IMG/VR virus record: IMGVR_UViG_3300045988_141753
Direction: 5' to 3' (one strand)
DNA from: a virus
DNA length: 64,000 nucleotides
Part shown: piece after piece, positions 20,249 through 29,470 of the stretch
Position numbering within the stretch: position 1 is the stretch's first letter
How the letters are laid out: the number at the start of each line of letters is the position of its first letter
Notes under the pieces: generated by a model
Database searches by the model: none
What the model was told of the DNA's origin: nothing
Seen by the model: only the letters and a program-made list of their open reading frames with translations
Position numbers and translations under genes: made by a program

Positions 20249-20282
20249 TATAAAAGTTTTCTTTTATTGAGGTAAACATGAA

Positions 20283-20546
20283 ATGCTTATAATATCACAA
20301 GATAGAACTCAAATAATAAATACAAATACATTGGTGTCAATATGGGTAGAACCTTCTGTAAAACACGAAACGGTTGTTATTCGAGGTATTATAGACTATG
20401 ATGCAAGTTCGTTTGGAATAAATATGGGAGAATATACGAGGGGAAAAGCTGAATTAGTCATGATTGAAATTATGAAAGCTGTTGATGAAGGAAAAAATCT
20501 ATATTTTATGCCAGAGGGAGATGATAATAATACTAGAAATAAATAA
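20283..20546 (+). CDS. hypothetical small protein, paralogue of 21337-21603
   Basis: Begins MLIISQ... and ends ...EGKNLYFMP. Shares termini, length and a near-identical first 20 nt with the ORF at 21337. Confidence 0.6.
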   Translation: MLIISQDRTQIINTNTLVSIWVEPSVKHETVVIRGIIDYDASSFGINMGEYTRGKAELVMIEIMKAVDEGKNLYFMPEGDDNNTRNK

Positions 20547-21300
20547 TATATACAATATGGATTGTATAGAAGCTTTAAAACAAATGGATAATGATTCTGT
20601 TGATATGTTCTTTGTAGATTTACCTTATGGAGTTACTGCTAAGAATAAATGGGATAATGTTATTCCAATAGAACCTATGTGGGAACAAGTTATAAGAGTA
20701 GCTAAACCTACTACACCAATTTTATTTTTTGGACAAGATAAATTTACAGCTAAAATGATGTTATCTCAACTTAAATTACATAGATACAATATTATATGGG
20801 AGAAAACAACTCCTACCGGACACTTAAATGCAAAGAAAATGCCTTTAAGAATACATGAAGATATAATGGTGTTTTATCAAAAACTTCCTACCTACAATCC
20901 ACAAAAGACAACAGGACATAAACGTAAAGTAAGCACCGCAGAAAATAAAATAAATTGTATTAAAACATCTAATTATGGCTATTTTGGTCTTACAACTTAT
21001 GACAGTACAGAACGTTACCCAACAAGTATTTGGAAATTTGCTACAGATAAACAACAAATATCTCTTCACCCTACACAAAAACCTTTAGACTTATGCAGGT
21101 ATGCTATTCGTACTTATTCTAATGCAGGAGATTTAGTGGTTGACTTTTGCTGTGGGTCAGGAACTATCCCTAAAGCTGCTCAACTAGAACATAGAAACTA
21201 CATAGGTATAGATAATGGTGTCTGTGAAAGAAAAGGTAAATTTGAAGGTTGGTATTGGGCAGATATAGCTAAATATAGACTTAAAAACATGAATAAGTAA
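20521..21300 (+). CDS. DNA methyltransferase, beta-class (N6-A or N4-C)
   Basis: Motif IV DLPYG precedes motif I FCCGSGT. The start is uncertain (ATG 20521 or ATG 20557) and overlaps the upstream ORF. Confidence 0.75.
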   Translation: MIIILEINNIYNMDCIEALKQMDNDSVDMFFVDLPYGVTAKNKWDNVIPIEPMWEQVIRVAKPTTPILFFGQDKFTAKMMLSQLKLHRYNIIWEKTTPTGHLNAKKMPLRIHEDIMVFYQKLPTYNPQKTTGHKRKVSTAENKINCIKTSNYGYFGLTTYDSTERYPTSIWKFATDKQQISLHPTQKPLDLCRYAIRTYSNAGDLVVDFCCGSGTIPKAAQLEHRNYIGIDNGVCERKGKFEGWYWADIAKYRLKNMNK

Positions 21301-21336
21301 TACATAAAAATGTTATTTTGAAGGAGTGATTATAAA

Positions 21337-21603
21337 ATGCTTATAATGTCACAAAACGGAGAAAATCTTATAAGTGTTTATACATTAACTGAGATTTGGA
21401 TAGATATAGATAGTCCTTCTTATGCTGGAAAGGCAATTATTAAAGCTCTTACTAATGATTATATAGCAGCACATACTCTTGTTAAATGTGGAGTGACAAT
21501 AGGTGTGTATAGTTCTAAAGATGAAGCAAAGAAAGTTTTAGTAAAACTTATGAAGGCTGCCGAGGAAGGTGGTAAGGTTTTTTATATGCCAAATACCAGA
21601 TAA
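21337..21603 (+). CDS. hypothetical small protein, paralogue of 20283-20546
   Basis: AAGGAG RBS. Begins MLIMSQ... and ends ...EGGKVFYMP. Confidence 0.6.
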   Translation: MLIMSQNGENLISVYTLTEIWIDIDSPSYAGKAIIKALTNDYIAAHTLVKCGVTIGVYSSKDEAKKVLVKLMKAAEEGGKVFYMPNTR

Positions 21604-21655
21604 GTTAGAAAGGCGAATAAAAATTTAGTTTTATTTATGGAAAGAGGAGATAAGT

Positions 21656-22144
21656 ATGGAATTAATGAAAGAACAACTGATAGAAATACTTGAAAACTGT
21701 GTAAAGTACAACTGTAAAGGTTGCCCATTGTTTAACAAGACTTGCACACAGATAACTAAAAAGAACGCATTGTACTACTTGAAGGATAAATTCACACCTG
21801 TAGAAAACATTTATGAAAACGCCAAAATAACTGATGTGTCATTGGGAATAGACGATCACTGTTGTCTTACCTTTTCTATAGTTCTTAAAGGTTCAGGCTG
21901 GGGAACTTGTTTTGGTGGTTATAACCTAGCTTTTTTCAACGGAACATCGTTTAAAGGTTCTGAAAAGGGACTTGAGGCACTTACAAGAATTATGTATGTT
22001 GTAGGCGTTTCAAAATGGGAAGATATAAAAGGTCGTTATGTTAGAGTAAAACAGGAAGATAGATTAGTTGTCGGAATAGGAAATATCATTAAAGATAAAT
22101 GGTTTGAACCGAGAGAGTTCTTTAAGGAGGTTGAAAATGAGTAG
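21656..22144 (+). CDS. hypothetical protein
   Basis: AGAGGAG RBS. N-terminal CxxC...C cluster. No family recognised. Confidence 0.55.
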   Translation: MELMKEQLIEILENCVKYNCKGCPLFNKTCTQITKKNALYYLKDKFTPVENIYENAKITDVSLGIDDHCCLTFSIVLKGSGWGTCFGGYNLAFFNGTSFKGSEKGLEALTRIMYVVGVSKWEDIKGRYVRVKQEDRLVVGIGNIIKDKWFEPREFFKEVENE

Positions 22145-22484
22145 AAAATTCACTGATGAGGAAGTCGTAGAGGCGGCACTTTGCTGCACAGCAAAGAGTT
22201 GCGACACCTGCCCGTTTATAGTTTTAGGAGAAGGATTTGAAAAATGTATCATAAAATTTTCAGAATACATAGCAAACAACACAAAAAACGAGCCTGTACC
22301 TACCGCAGACGTGCAGGAGGTCAAGCATGGAGACTGGCTTAAACCTGGCAATGACCCAATTGACAATAAACAATGGATTTGTTCCGAATGCAAAGGATTA
22401 ACTGAAACGGCATATTATTGTGGGCATTGCTATTATAATTACTGCCCTAATTGTGGCACAAGAATGGACGGTGATAGCTTGTGA
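22137..22484 (+). CDS. hypothetical Cys-rich (zinc-ribbon) protein
   Basis: ATG 22137 follows AAGGAGG. C-terminal CSECKG...CGHC...CPNCG. Confidence 0.55.
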   Translation: MSRKFTDEEVVEAALCCTAKSCDTCPFIVLGEGFEKCIIKFSEYIANNTKNEPVPTADVQEVKHGDWLKPGNDPIDNKQWICSECKGLTETAYYCGHCYYNYCPNCGTRMDGDSL

Positions 22485-23149
22485 AAATAACAAGGCTGTC
22501 GGAAAATCAGAGGTTTGTTTTCAGATGGTGGACGGCACGGGAGCTTAGTGATTACGACGGGATAATCTGTGACGGTGCGGTCAGATCGGGCAAGACCTTT
22601 TGTTTGTCGGCGTCTTTTATGACATGGGCGATGACTAATTTTGACGAGTGCATTTTTGGGCTATGCTCAAAAACTATCGTGTCGCTGAAAAGGAATATCC
22701 TGCCTGCACTCAGGGAGTATATGAAAGCCATGGGCATGACGGCTGTGGAGGTCGCGTCAAAGAACTATATGGACGTGAGCTTTTGTGGCAGGAAAAACAG
22801 GTTTTACTACTTTGGCGGCAGGGACGAAGGCTCACCCTCTCTTATCCAGGGCGTGACCCTTGCGGGGGTGCTTCTTGACGAGGCGGCACTTATGCCCAGA
22901 AGCTTTATAGAGCAGGCTGTGGCAAGGTGTTCAGTGGCGGGGAGCAAGCTGTGGTTCAGCTGCAATCCTGACAATCCTTACCACTGGTTCAAGAAAGAGT
23001 GGATTGACAAGGCTGAGGAAAAACGGCTTATCTATAGACATTTTGTGATGGAGGACAATCCGACCCTTGACCGGGCGGTGATAGAACGCTATCACAGGAT
23101 ATATACGGGGACGTTTTACGAGCGTTTTGTGCTTGGAAAATGGCATTGA
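22481..23149 (+). CDS. Terminase large subunit, ATPase domain only (truncated, GC-rich foreign fragment)
   Basis: Walker A is DGAVRSGKT, Walker B is GVLLDEAA, and the coupling motif is FSCNPD. It stops at ...FVLGKWH, where the nuclease domain should begin. G+C is visibly much higher than in the flanks. Confidence 0.6.
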   Translation: MKITRLSENQRFVFRWWTARELSDYDGIICDGAVRSGKTFCLSASFMTWAMTNFDECIFGLCSKTIVSLKRNILPALREYMKAMGMTAVEVASKNYMDVSFCGRKNRFYYFGGRDEGSPSLIQGVTLAGVLLDEAALMPRSFIEQAVARCSVAGSKLWFSCNPDNPYHWFKKEWIDKAEEKRLIYRHFVMEDNPTLDRAVIERYHRIYTGTFYERFVLGKWH

Positions 23150-23175
23150 AAGTTTGGCAACAAGGAGAGACGGCA

Positions 23176-23562
23176 ATGCGTGAAATACTTTTTAGAGGAA
23201 AACGTGTAAATAATGGTGAATGGTTTCAGGGCTATCCCTGCCGCTATGGTTGGATAGGAAAAGAAAAGGACTATATCATTCCCGATTATGCAAGTGCGTT
23301 ATATACAGCCGAAATTGACCCTGAAACTGTCGGTCAGTACACAGGTCTTACTGACACGAACGGCAGGAAGATTTTTGAGGGGGATATTGTTTGGGACAGC
23401 TATGACGAAGATTATGGCAAAGTCGAGTGGGATAATGATACCGCTAGATTTATCATAACCTGTTCTACATTCACAGTTGATTTCGACAGTGTTTGTGGCG
23501 AAGAACTAGAAATTGTCGGCAACGTTTATGACAATTCCGAACTAATAAAGGAGAAACAATAA
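23176..23562 (+). CDS. YopX-family protein
   Basis: ATG 23176 follows AAGGAGAG. The N-terminus MREILFRGKRVNNGEW and GRKIFEGDIV are typical of YopX. Confidence 0.65.
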   Translation: MREILFRGKRVNNGEWFQGYPCRYGWIGKEKDYIIPDYASALYTAEIDPETVGQYTGLTDTNGRKIFEGDIVWDSYDEDYGKVEWDNDTARFIITCSTFTVDFDSVCGEELEIVGNVYDNSELIKEKQ

Positions 23563-23873
23563 TGAATATAAATTTATTGCAAGAAACAGTAGAAACACTT
23601 GAACAGAATGGTAAATCACTTGCCGATGTAGAATGGGTAGGAATTAAGAACAACAGTTATTACACTTGGGAGGAGTTTGAGGAACAAGCTAAATGCGTTG
23701 AGTATGATGCAGATTATATCTTTGAAGAGATTGATAGACATTTAGTTGTTGTTGGTAAAGATTTCTGGCTTGAACGTTATAAATATGACGGTTCGGAATG
23801 GTGGGAATTTAAGACATTGCCGACAAAACCAATTTTAAAAGTTGATAAACTACCAATACTTAACGAATGGTAA
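23562..23873 (+). CDS. hypothetical protein
   Basis: The ATG overlaps the upstream stop (TAATGA), preceded by AAGGAG. Confidence 0.55.
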   Translation: MNINLLQETVETLEQNGKSLADVEWVGIKNNSYYTWEEFEEQAKCVEYDADYIFEEIDRHLVVVGKDFWLERYKYDGSEWWEFKTLPTKPILKVDKLPILNEW

Positions 23874-23954
23874 AAAAATACATTTTCTAAAACAACGTAA
23901 ATACACACTTTTAGACACTTAAAATTTGAATAAAAGAGAAATTTTATTAAGGAG

Positions 23955-24791
23955 ATGATACCGATAAAGCAAAAATATATAAAATCCCCACTCAATTATG
24001 TTGGTGGCAAATACAAGCTCCTACCGCAGATATTGCCGTTGTTTCCAAAAAACATTGATACTTTTATTGACTTATTTGGCGGTGGGTTTAATGTAGGAAT
24101 TAACGCTTCAGCAAAAGAAGTCATTTACAATGATTTGAATTTACCTGTAGTGGAAATACTTGAATACATACATAGAAGTAAGACCGATTGCATCCTTAGC
24201 GAAATAGATAAGATAATTGAACAGTATGACTTGTCGAAAATCAATATAGGGGGGTATTTGAAGCTGCGTGGCTATTATAATAAATCTGTCTTCAAATCAC
24301 CTATTATTTTATATACATTAATTTGTTACGCCTTTAACAATCAGATGCGTTTTAATTCAAAAGATGAATTTAATATGCCATTTGGTGAAAGATACTTTAA
24401 TCCTAAATTAAAGGAAAGATTTGTAGAATTTTCGGAAGCGATCAACAATAAAGACTGCAAGTTTACCAATGCTGATTTTCGTGAGTTCATCGGCGTAGCG
24501 TTTGGCAAAAATGATTTTCTGTATTGCGATCCACCATACTTTAATTCCACGGCAACTTATAATGAAAATGGTGGATGGACTAATGCCGATGAGGAAGATT
24601 TGAGAGATATGCTTGCAATTTCAAATGTGAAATGGGCGTTATCAAATAATTTAAAGACGAACTTAACATTAAAGGATTGGGCAGAGGAACATGGATATAA
24701 AATCCACTATCTAAATATCACTTATGGAAACTGCAATTATCAGAAAAAAGACAAGACAAAAGATATAGAAGTCTTAATTACGAACTATTGA
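23955..24791 (+). CDS. D12-class N6-adenine DNA methyltransferase (Dam-like)
   Basis: N-terminal PLNYVGGKYKLLP. Motif IV is CDPPYFNS. Confidence 0.8.
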   Translation: MIPIKQKYIKSPLNYVGGKYKLLPQILPLFPKNIDTFIDLFGGGFNVGINASAKEVIYNDLNLPVVEILEYIHRSKTDCILSEIDKIIEQYDLSKINIGGYLKLRGYYNKSVFKSPIILYTLICYAFNNQMRFNSKDEFNMPFGERYFNPKLKERFVEFSEAINNKDCKFTNADFREFIGVAFGKNDFLYCDPPYFNSTATYNENGGWTNADEEDLRDMLAISNVKWALSNNLKTNLTLKDWAEEHGYKIHYLNITYGNCNYQKKDKTKDIEVLITNY

Positions 24792-24806
24792 GGAGGACAA
24801 CATTAA

Positions 24807-25403
24807 ATGAAAACACTTACTGGGACAAGCCTAGCTGGAATGTCTCCTACAAGAGAAAGAGTGACTAATGATTTTTATGCAACACCATTCAATGCAACAG
24901 AAACCATTTTAAAAAGAGAAAAATTATCTGGTAGTATACTTGAACCTGCTGCTGGGCAAGGGCATATATCAAAAGTCCTCAAAGAATTTTATCCATATTC
25001 AGAAATTGTATCTACTGATTTGGTTGGTAGAGATAGTCCTTTTGGAATTGATATTACTCCAAACATTGATTTTCTTACATATAATTACAAACGTAAATTT
25101 GATAATATTATTACCAATCCACCATTCAAATTTGCAAAGGAATTTATTCTTCGATCATTGGACTTAGCAAATGAAAAAGTTATTATATTTGCCAAAATCC
25201 AACTTCTTGAAGGGCAAGATAGATTGAAAATGTGGAAAAACACTCCTATAAAAACAATTTATGTGTTTTCTAAAAGAGTAAACCCAATGCGTAATGGTAG
25301 TGAGGTAGATGAAAAGGGGAAGCCTTGGGCAAGCACTATGTGTTTTGCATGGTTTGTATGGGAACATAATTATGAAGGCTTGCCAACAATAGAGTGGATT
25401 TAA
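24807..25403 (+). CDS. Small N6-adenine-type DNA methyltransferase (NPPF)
   Basis: GAGGAGG RBS. Motif I-like EPAAGQGHI and motif IV ITNPPF. Confidence 0.6.
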   Translation: MKTLTGTSLAGMSPTRERVTNDFYATPFNATETILKREKLSGSILEPAAGQGHISKVLKEFYPYSEIVSTDLVGRDSPFGIDITPNIDFLTYNYKRKFDNIITNPPFKFAKEFILRSLDLANEKVIIFAKIQLLEGQDRLKMWKNTPIKTIYVFSKRVNPMRNGSEVDEKGKPWASTMCFAWFVWEHNYEGLPTIEWI

Positions 25404-25570
25404 TTTTATTTGTATGGGCATATTCACAATGGTAGAGATACAAGACCTTTTAATGAGTATGCCAAACAAATGAGAGAGCGTGGTTTCCCTTATAGGTGTG
25501 CAAATGTAGGTTGTATGCTCCACAACTACACACCTGTAACACTTGATGATTTAGGATTGAGGTAAAATAA

Positions 25571-25906
25571 ATGATTTCAAAGAAAATTCTTAACGCTCTT
25601 ACGAAAGAGCAACTATTATTCCTAATAAATCAATATCAGCATATGGAATTTATTATCTCGGAAATCTGTGTCAACGAGAGTAAGCAGCATATTCCGTCTG
25701 AGCAGGCGGTAGAAAAGATAAGAAAAGAACTTCATAACTGTAATTTTCCCTTTTGCAATTCTACAGAAGAATTTATATCACTTTTAGATTATAAAATGGG
25801 CAAAATTACACTTGACAAATACAAAAAAGAATTGGGATTGGTTGAAAGGAGACAGAATGAAACTTCTGGAAAGTATAAAACTTGCAATGCAAGTTTTCCC
25901 AAATAG
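25571..25906 (+). CDS. hypothetical protein
   Basis: ATG follows GAGG. No motif recognised. Confidence 0.5.
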   Translation: MISKKILNALTKEQLLFLINQYQHMEFIISEICVNESKQHIPSEQAVEKIRKELHNCNFPFCNSTEEFISLLDYKMGKITLDKYKKELGLVERRQNETSGKYKTCNASFPK

Positions 25907-26264
25907 CTTTATTAATCGAAATAACGAGATTATTCTTATTCCAAAATTCAATGTCTATATTCAGCTTGACGATGTGAAAACAAATGAAGATTTCAAGGTA
26001 AAACTTTGTGAGTGGCTAAGTCGAGATTGCTCTTGTGCGTTAAGATATTCACGAGACAAAAGACTTATGAGATATTGGCAAGACAATACTAATGCTTTCA
26101 ATAAAATTTGTGGAACTAATTTTACAATGGAGCAAATGAGTTATATCTATACATATTTGGGTAATGGCATAAAACATGATCTTACAAAACAGTTCGTAAG
26201 AAACGGATTTGACCTTTTTGTTATAGAGAAATATGCTCAAAAGGGCAATAAAGAGGTTTATTGA
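25857..26264 (+). CDS. hypothetical protein
   Basis: ATG 25857 follows AAAGGAGAC. It overlaps the upstream ORF by 50 nt. Confidence 0.5.
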   Translation: MKLLESIKLAMQVFPNSFINRNNEIILIPKFNVYIQLDDVKTNEDFKVKLCEWLSRDCSCALRYSRDKRLMRYWQDNTNAFNKICGTNFTMEQMSYIYTYLGNGIKHDLTKQFVRNGFDLFVIEKYAQKGNKEVY

Positions 26265-26578
26265 TGAAAGAAATTAAAGTAGTGAAATATTCTAAACAAT
26301 GGTGCAAAACACGAATGACAATATATACTATTATTTGTATTATTTCTTTTTGTGCTTTTGTTTTAACAATGCCAATTATGGCACATTTCTATGACGAATA
26401 CGGCTTACATCATACCAAAACTATAGTAAGTGTAATGGTGGTTTTAACCTTTTTTGTGGTATGGTTATATTGCTATGCAAAGGCTATGCAATTCGAGCAT
26501 TATGAGAACTATATATACAACCATACCAAGAAGATTAAGCGTAAGCAAGATAGAAAATATAGAAAATGGCTGATGTAA
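26261..26578 (+). CDS. small membrane protein (two TM segments)
   Basis: Hydrophobic stretches IYTIICIISFCAFVLTMPIMA and IVSVMVVLTFFVVWLY. The start overlaps the upstream stop. Confidence 0.55.
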   Translation: MMKEIKVVKYSKQWCKTRMTIYTIICIISFCAFVLTMPIMAHFYDEYGLHHTKTIVSVMVVLTFFVVWLYCYAKAMQFEHYENYIYNHTKKIKRKQDRKYRKWLM

Positions 26579-26597
26579 AAGTTGGGAGATAAACAAA

Positions 26598-26948
26598 ATG
26601 GATTGTAATATTCAAAATATAAAATGTGAAATCTGCGGTCGAGTGTTCCATAAAGTCTGCCATGCAGAGCCTTTTGATAAAGTGTGTGATAATAGTGAAT
26701 GTTTCCATAAAAAGTTCTGGCTTGAAATTATAAAAGAAAAGGATGAACACGTTATTATTAATGGCATTTGTTATTACTTAGACAAAGCTCACCCAATGAG
26801 TGATAGTCCTTTTAGGGGATATGGTGGTAGAGAATTTAAAATTAAATTACATACAGGTGAAATTATCGTAACAAATAATTTATGGCACAATGGTGAAGTA
26901 CCTAAAGAATTTCGAGATAGACTACCTGATAATGCAGAGTTTATATAA
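26598..26948 (+). CDS. hypothetical Cys-rich protein
   Basis: GGGAG RBS. N-terminal CEICG...C...C cluster. Confidence 0.55.
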   Translation: MDCNIQNIKCEICGRVFHKVCHAEPFDKVCDNSECFHKKFWLEIIKEKDEHVIINGICYYLDKAHPMSDSPFRGYGGREFKIKLHTGEIIVTNNLWHNGEVPKEFRDRLPDNAEFI

Positions 26949-26986
26949 TTGTAATAGGAGTTAATTGATGGAAATGGAGGCAACAA

Positions 26987-27445
26987 ATGTTTGTAACCAA
27001 ATTGGGTGAAAATTTTATTGAGGGTATAACACTATTTAAAGGGCAATGTAAAGCTTGCAATTCTGAGTTTTATTTTGAGGAAAAAGAAGCCAAAGAATTG
27101 TATGAAAAAGGTGAAATCGGTCACTCAGAAGAAGAAATGCTTCGAGTTTCAATGGGCGAGCCTTATTGTAGATATGAGTTTGGCAAATGCCCTCCTTATA
27201 AAGTGCCAATTCTTATAACACGTTGTCCTTGCTGTGACGAACTTGTGAAACTAGACCAAGTAACGTGTACACACGAAACATATGCTGAATTGAAAAATAA
27301 GCATAGAATTACATTAGAACATCTTGCGGAATATAACGGGATATATCCTTTGAAATTTAAGTGTTCTAATAGTAGGTTTTCTATTGATATGAAAAATAGG
27401 ATTGAAAAATCAAAAGCATTAGTAAAAGCATTAGCTGGATCGTGA
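26987..27445 (+). CDS. hypothetical Cys-rich protein
   Basis: GGAGG RBS. CKACN...CPCCD pattern. Confidence 0.55.
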   Translation: MFVTKLGENFIEGITLFKGQCKACNSEFYFEEKEAKELYEKGEIGHSEEEMLRVSMGEPYCRYEFGKCPPYKVPILITRCPCCDELVKLDQVTCTHETYAELKNKHRITLEHLAEYNGIYPLKFKCSNSRFSIDMKNRIEKSKALVKALAGS

Positions 27446-27594
27446 AAAGTTGAAAACAACTAAAATATAAAACCAACATTTTATTAAGAAAAATAAGAGA
27501 TAAAACAAAACGGAACGCTCAGATTAGCTACCTGAGTGAATATGATAATTGCAATTATCTTCCAATAAAGAACAAATTGGAGGATTTACAAATA

Positions 27595-28947
27595 GTGAAA
27601 ACGGAAAAAATAACAGTAAACGAATTATTTAGTGGTATAGGCGCACAAATTTCAGCACTAGAAAGGCTTGGAATACCATTTGAAATAAAACATACATCTG
27701 ACATAGACCATAATGCAGTTTTGGCATATGCTTCTATACATTGTGGACTTACAGAAGAACTAATAAATACATACGCTGAATATCCTACAAGAGAAGAAAT
27801 GGCTAGGCAGCTTACAGAAATTAATCTTGGATATGACTTTCAGAAAAATAAGCCTTATAATTGGTACAGATTTGTAAATAGTAAATCAAAAGAGCTTGAA
27901 AAATATTGGCTTGCTAATAAACTTTCAAGGAATTTAGGTGACATTAGTAAACTCGAACATCTTGATTATGCTGATTTTTGGACATATTCATTTCCTTGCC
28001 AGAGCGTATCTGTCAGTGGCAAGCAAGAAGGTATTATAAAAGGTAAAACACGTTCGGGATTACTCTATGAAGTACAAAGACTACTTGAAAAAGCTGACAA
28101 AATGTTGGCTTTACCAAAATATCTAATGCTTGAAAATGTCAAAAATCTTGTGGGTAAAAAGTTTAAACCACAGTTTGATGAATGGGTGGCTTGGCTTGAT
28201 GAACTTGGCTACAATACATATTGGAAAGTTTTAAATGCTAAAGATTATGGAGTTCCTCAGAATAGAGAAAGAGTCTTTGTAATAAGTGTTCGCAAAGATA
28301 TTGATGATGGCAAATTTGAATTTCCGCAGCCTTTTGATAACGGAGTCAGACTTAAAGATGCACTTGAAGATAAGGTAGATGAAAAGTATTATTTAAGTGA
28401 AGATATACAAAATAGACTTATCATCACCGACAAAACATTAACTAAGAATGTTATTGGAACTACTAAACCTAGCTTTAGAACTATAGGACGACGTGATTCA
28501 GTGTATTCTGAAAATTCTATTATGGGTACTTTAGTTGCAACAGATTATAAACAGCCTAAACAAATTTTAGAAACCAATCGTTGTGTTAAAGTTGGAGACT
28601 TAAATTATTATCCATATGAAACATCGAACAGAATTTATTCAAAAGAGGGAATAAGTCCAACATTGACTACAATGCAGGGTGGCAATACTGAACCTAAAAT
28701 AGCAGAGCCAATAGCCGCTGTAATTGAATCCGAAGCTAAAAGCTTCAGAGTTCGTAAATTAACTCCTAGAGAATGTTATAGGCTTATGGGATTTACTGAC
28801 GAACAATTCGATAGATCGCAAGCTTTTAGTTCTGACAGCCAACTTTATAAGCAGGCAGGTAACTCTATTGTGGTTGATGTACTTTATTACATATTTGGAA
28901 AACTGTTTGAGGTTGATACTGAAACTAGAAAGGAAATAGAATGTTAA
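27595..28947 (+). CDS. DNA (cytosine-5) methyltransferase
   Basis: Motif I is LFSGIGA, motif IV is SFPCQSVS, motif VI is LENVKNL, motif VIII is QNRERVF and motif X is GNSIVV. GTG 27595 follows TGGAGGA. Confidence 0.85.
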   Translation: MKTEKITVNELFSGIGAQISALERLGIPFEIKHTSDIDHNAVLAYASIHCGLTEELINTYAEYPTREEMARQLTEINLGYDFQKNKPYNWYRFVNSKSKELEKYWLANKLSRNLGDISKLEHLDYADFWTYSFPCQSVSVSGKQEGIIKGKTRSGLLYEVQRLLEKADKMLALPKYLMLENVKNLVGKKFKPQFDEWVAWLDELGYNTYWKVLNAKDYGVPQNRERVFVISVRKDIDDGKFEFPQPFDNGVRLKDALEDKVDEKYYLSEDIQNRLIITDKTLTKNVIGTTKPSFRTIGRRDSVYSENSIMGTLVATDYKQPKQILETNRCVKVGDLNYYPYETSNRIYSKEGISPTLTTMQGGNTEPKIAEPIAAVIESEAKSFRVRKLTPRECYRLMGFTDEQFDRSQAFSSDSQLYKQAGNSIVVDVLYYIFGKLFEVDTETRKEIEC

Positions 28948-29144
28948 ATAATGCTTGGAATACTCTCTTGAAATGTACATGGGTGGCTTGCTTTGACACT
29001 CATAACTTTCAGGAAGGAAAAGTATACGAAGTAAAAAATGGTAGACTAATAGACGGTCATGGTAGAAAAAGTTGTAATACATATGATAATGTTTACGATA
29101 TTAATGACAGTTTTTATGCCAGATTTAAAGAAGTGAAGGGGTGA
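28941..29144 (+). CDS. hypothetical small protein
   Basis: The ATG overlaps the Dcm end. No motif recognised. Confidence 0.45.
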   Translation: MLNNAWNTLLKCTWVACFDTHNFQEGKVYEVKNGRLIDGHGRKSCNTYDNVYDINDSFYARFKEVKG

Positions 29145-29152
29145 ATAAAAAC

Positions 29153-29464
29153 ATGGCAAGTGAGATACGAAATGATTGTGTGGGTTGTACTGCTCTCGGA
29201 CTTCCCTGTCATCATTGTTACATGGGTCAAGATTATCGTGTTTTAATATGCGACAAGTGTGGAACTGAGGTTGATATGCTTTATATTATTGACAATGACT
29301 CGGAAGAACTTTGCAGCGAATGTGCCAAAGAAAAGGCTATTGAATATTTGTCAAATCATAATGTGAACGTTGACGATTTGTGCGAATACAACGATATTCC
29401 TTGCGAAAAAATGAACGGAGAAGATTATTATAACAAATATTGCTATTGTGACGATGAGGAATAA
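29153..29464 (+). CDS. hypothetical zinc-ribbon protein
   Basis: CVGC...CHHC...CDKCG...CSEC pattern. ATG 29153. Confidence 0.5.
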   Translation: MASEIRNDCVGCTALGLPCHHCYMGQDYRVLICDKCGTEVDMLYIIDNDSEELCSECAKEKAIEYLSNHNVNVDDLCEYNDIPCEKMNGEDYYNKYCYCDDEE

Positions 29465-29470
29465 ATACAT

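Noticed and set aside
25164-25523. Minus-strand 119-aa ORF overlapping the NPPF methyltransferase end.
   Set aside because: It is antisense to a well-supported gene and to the phosphatase-like remnant, and it has no RBS.
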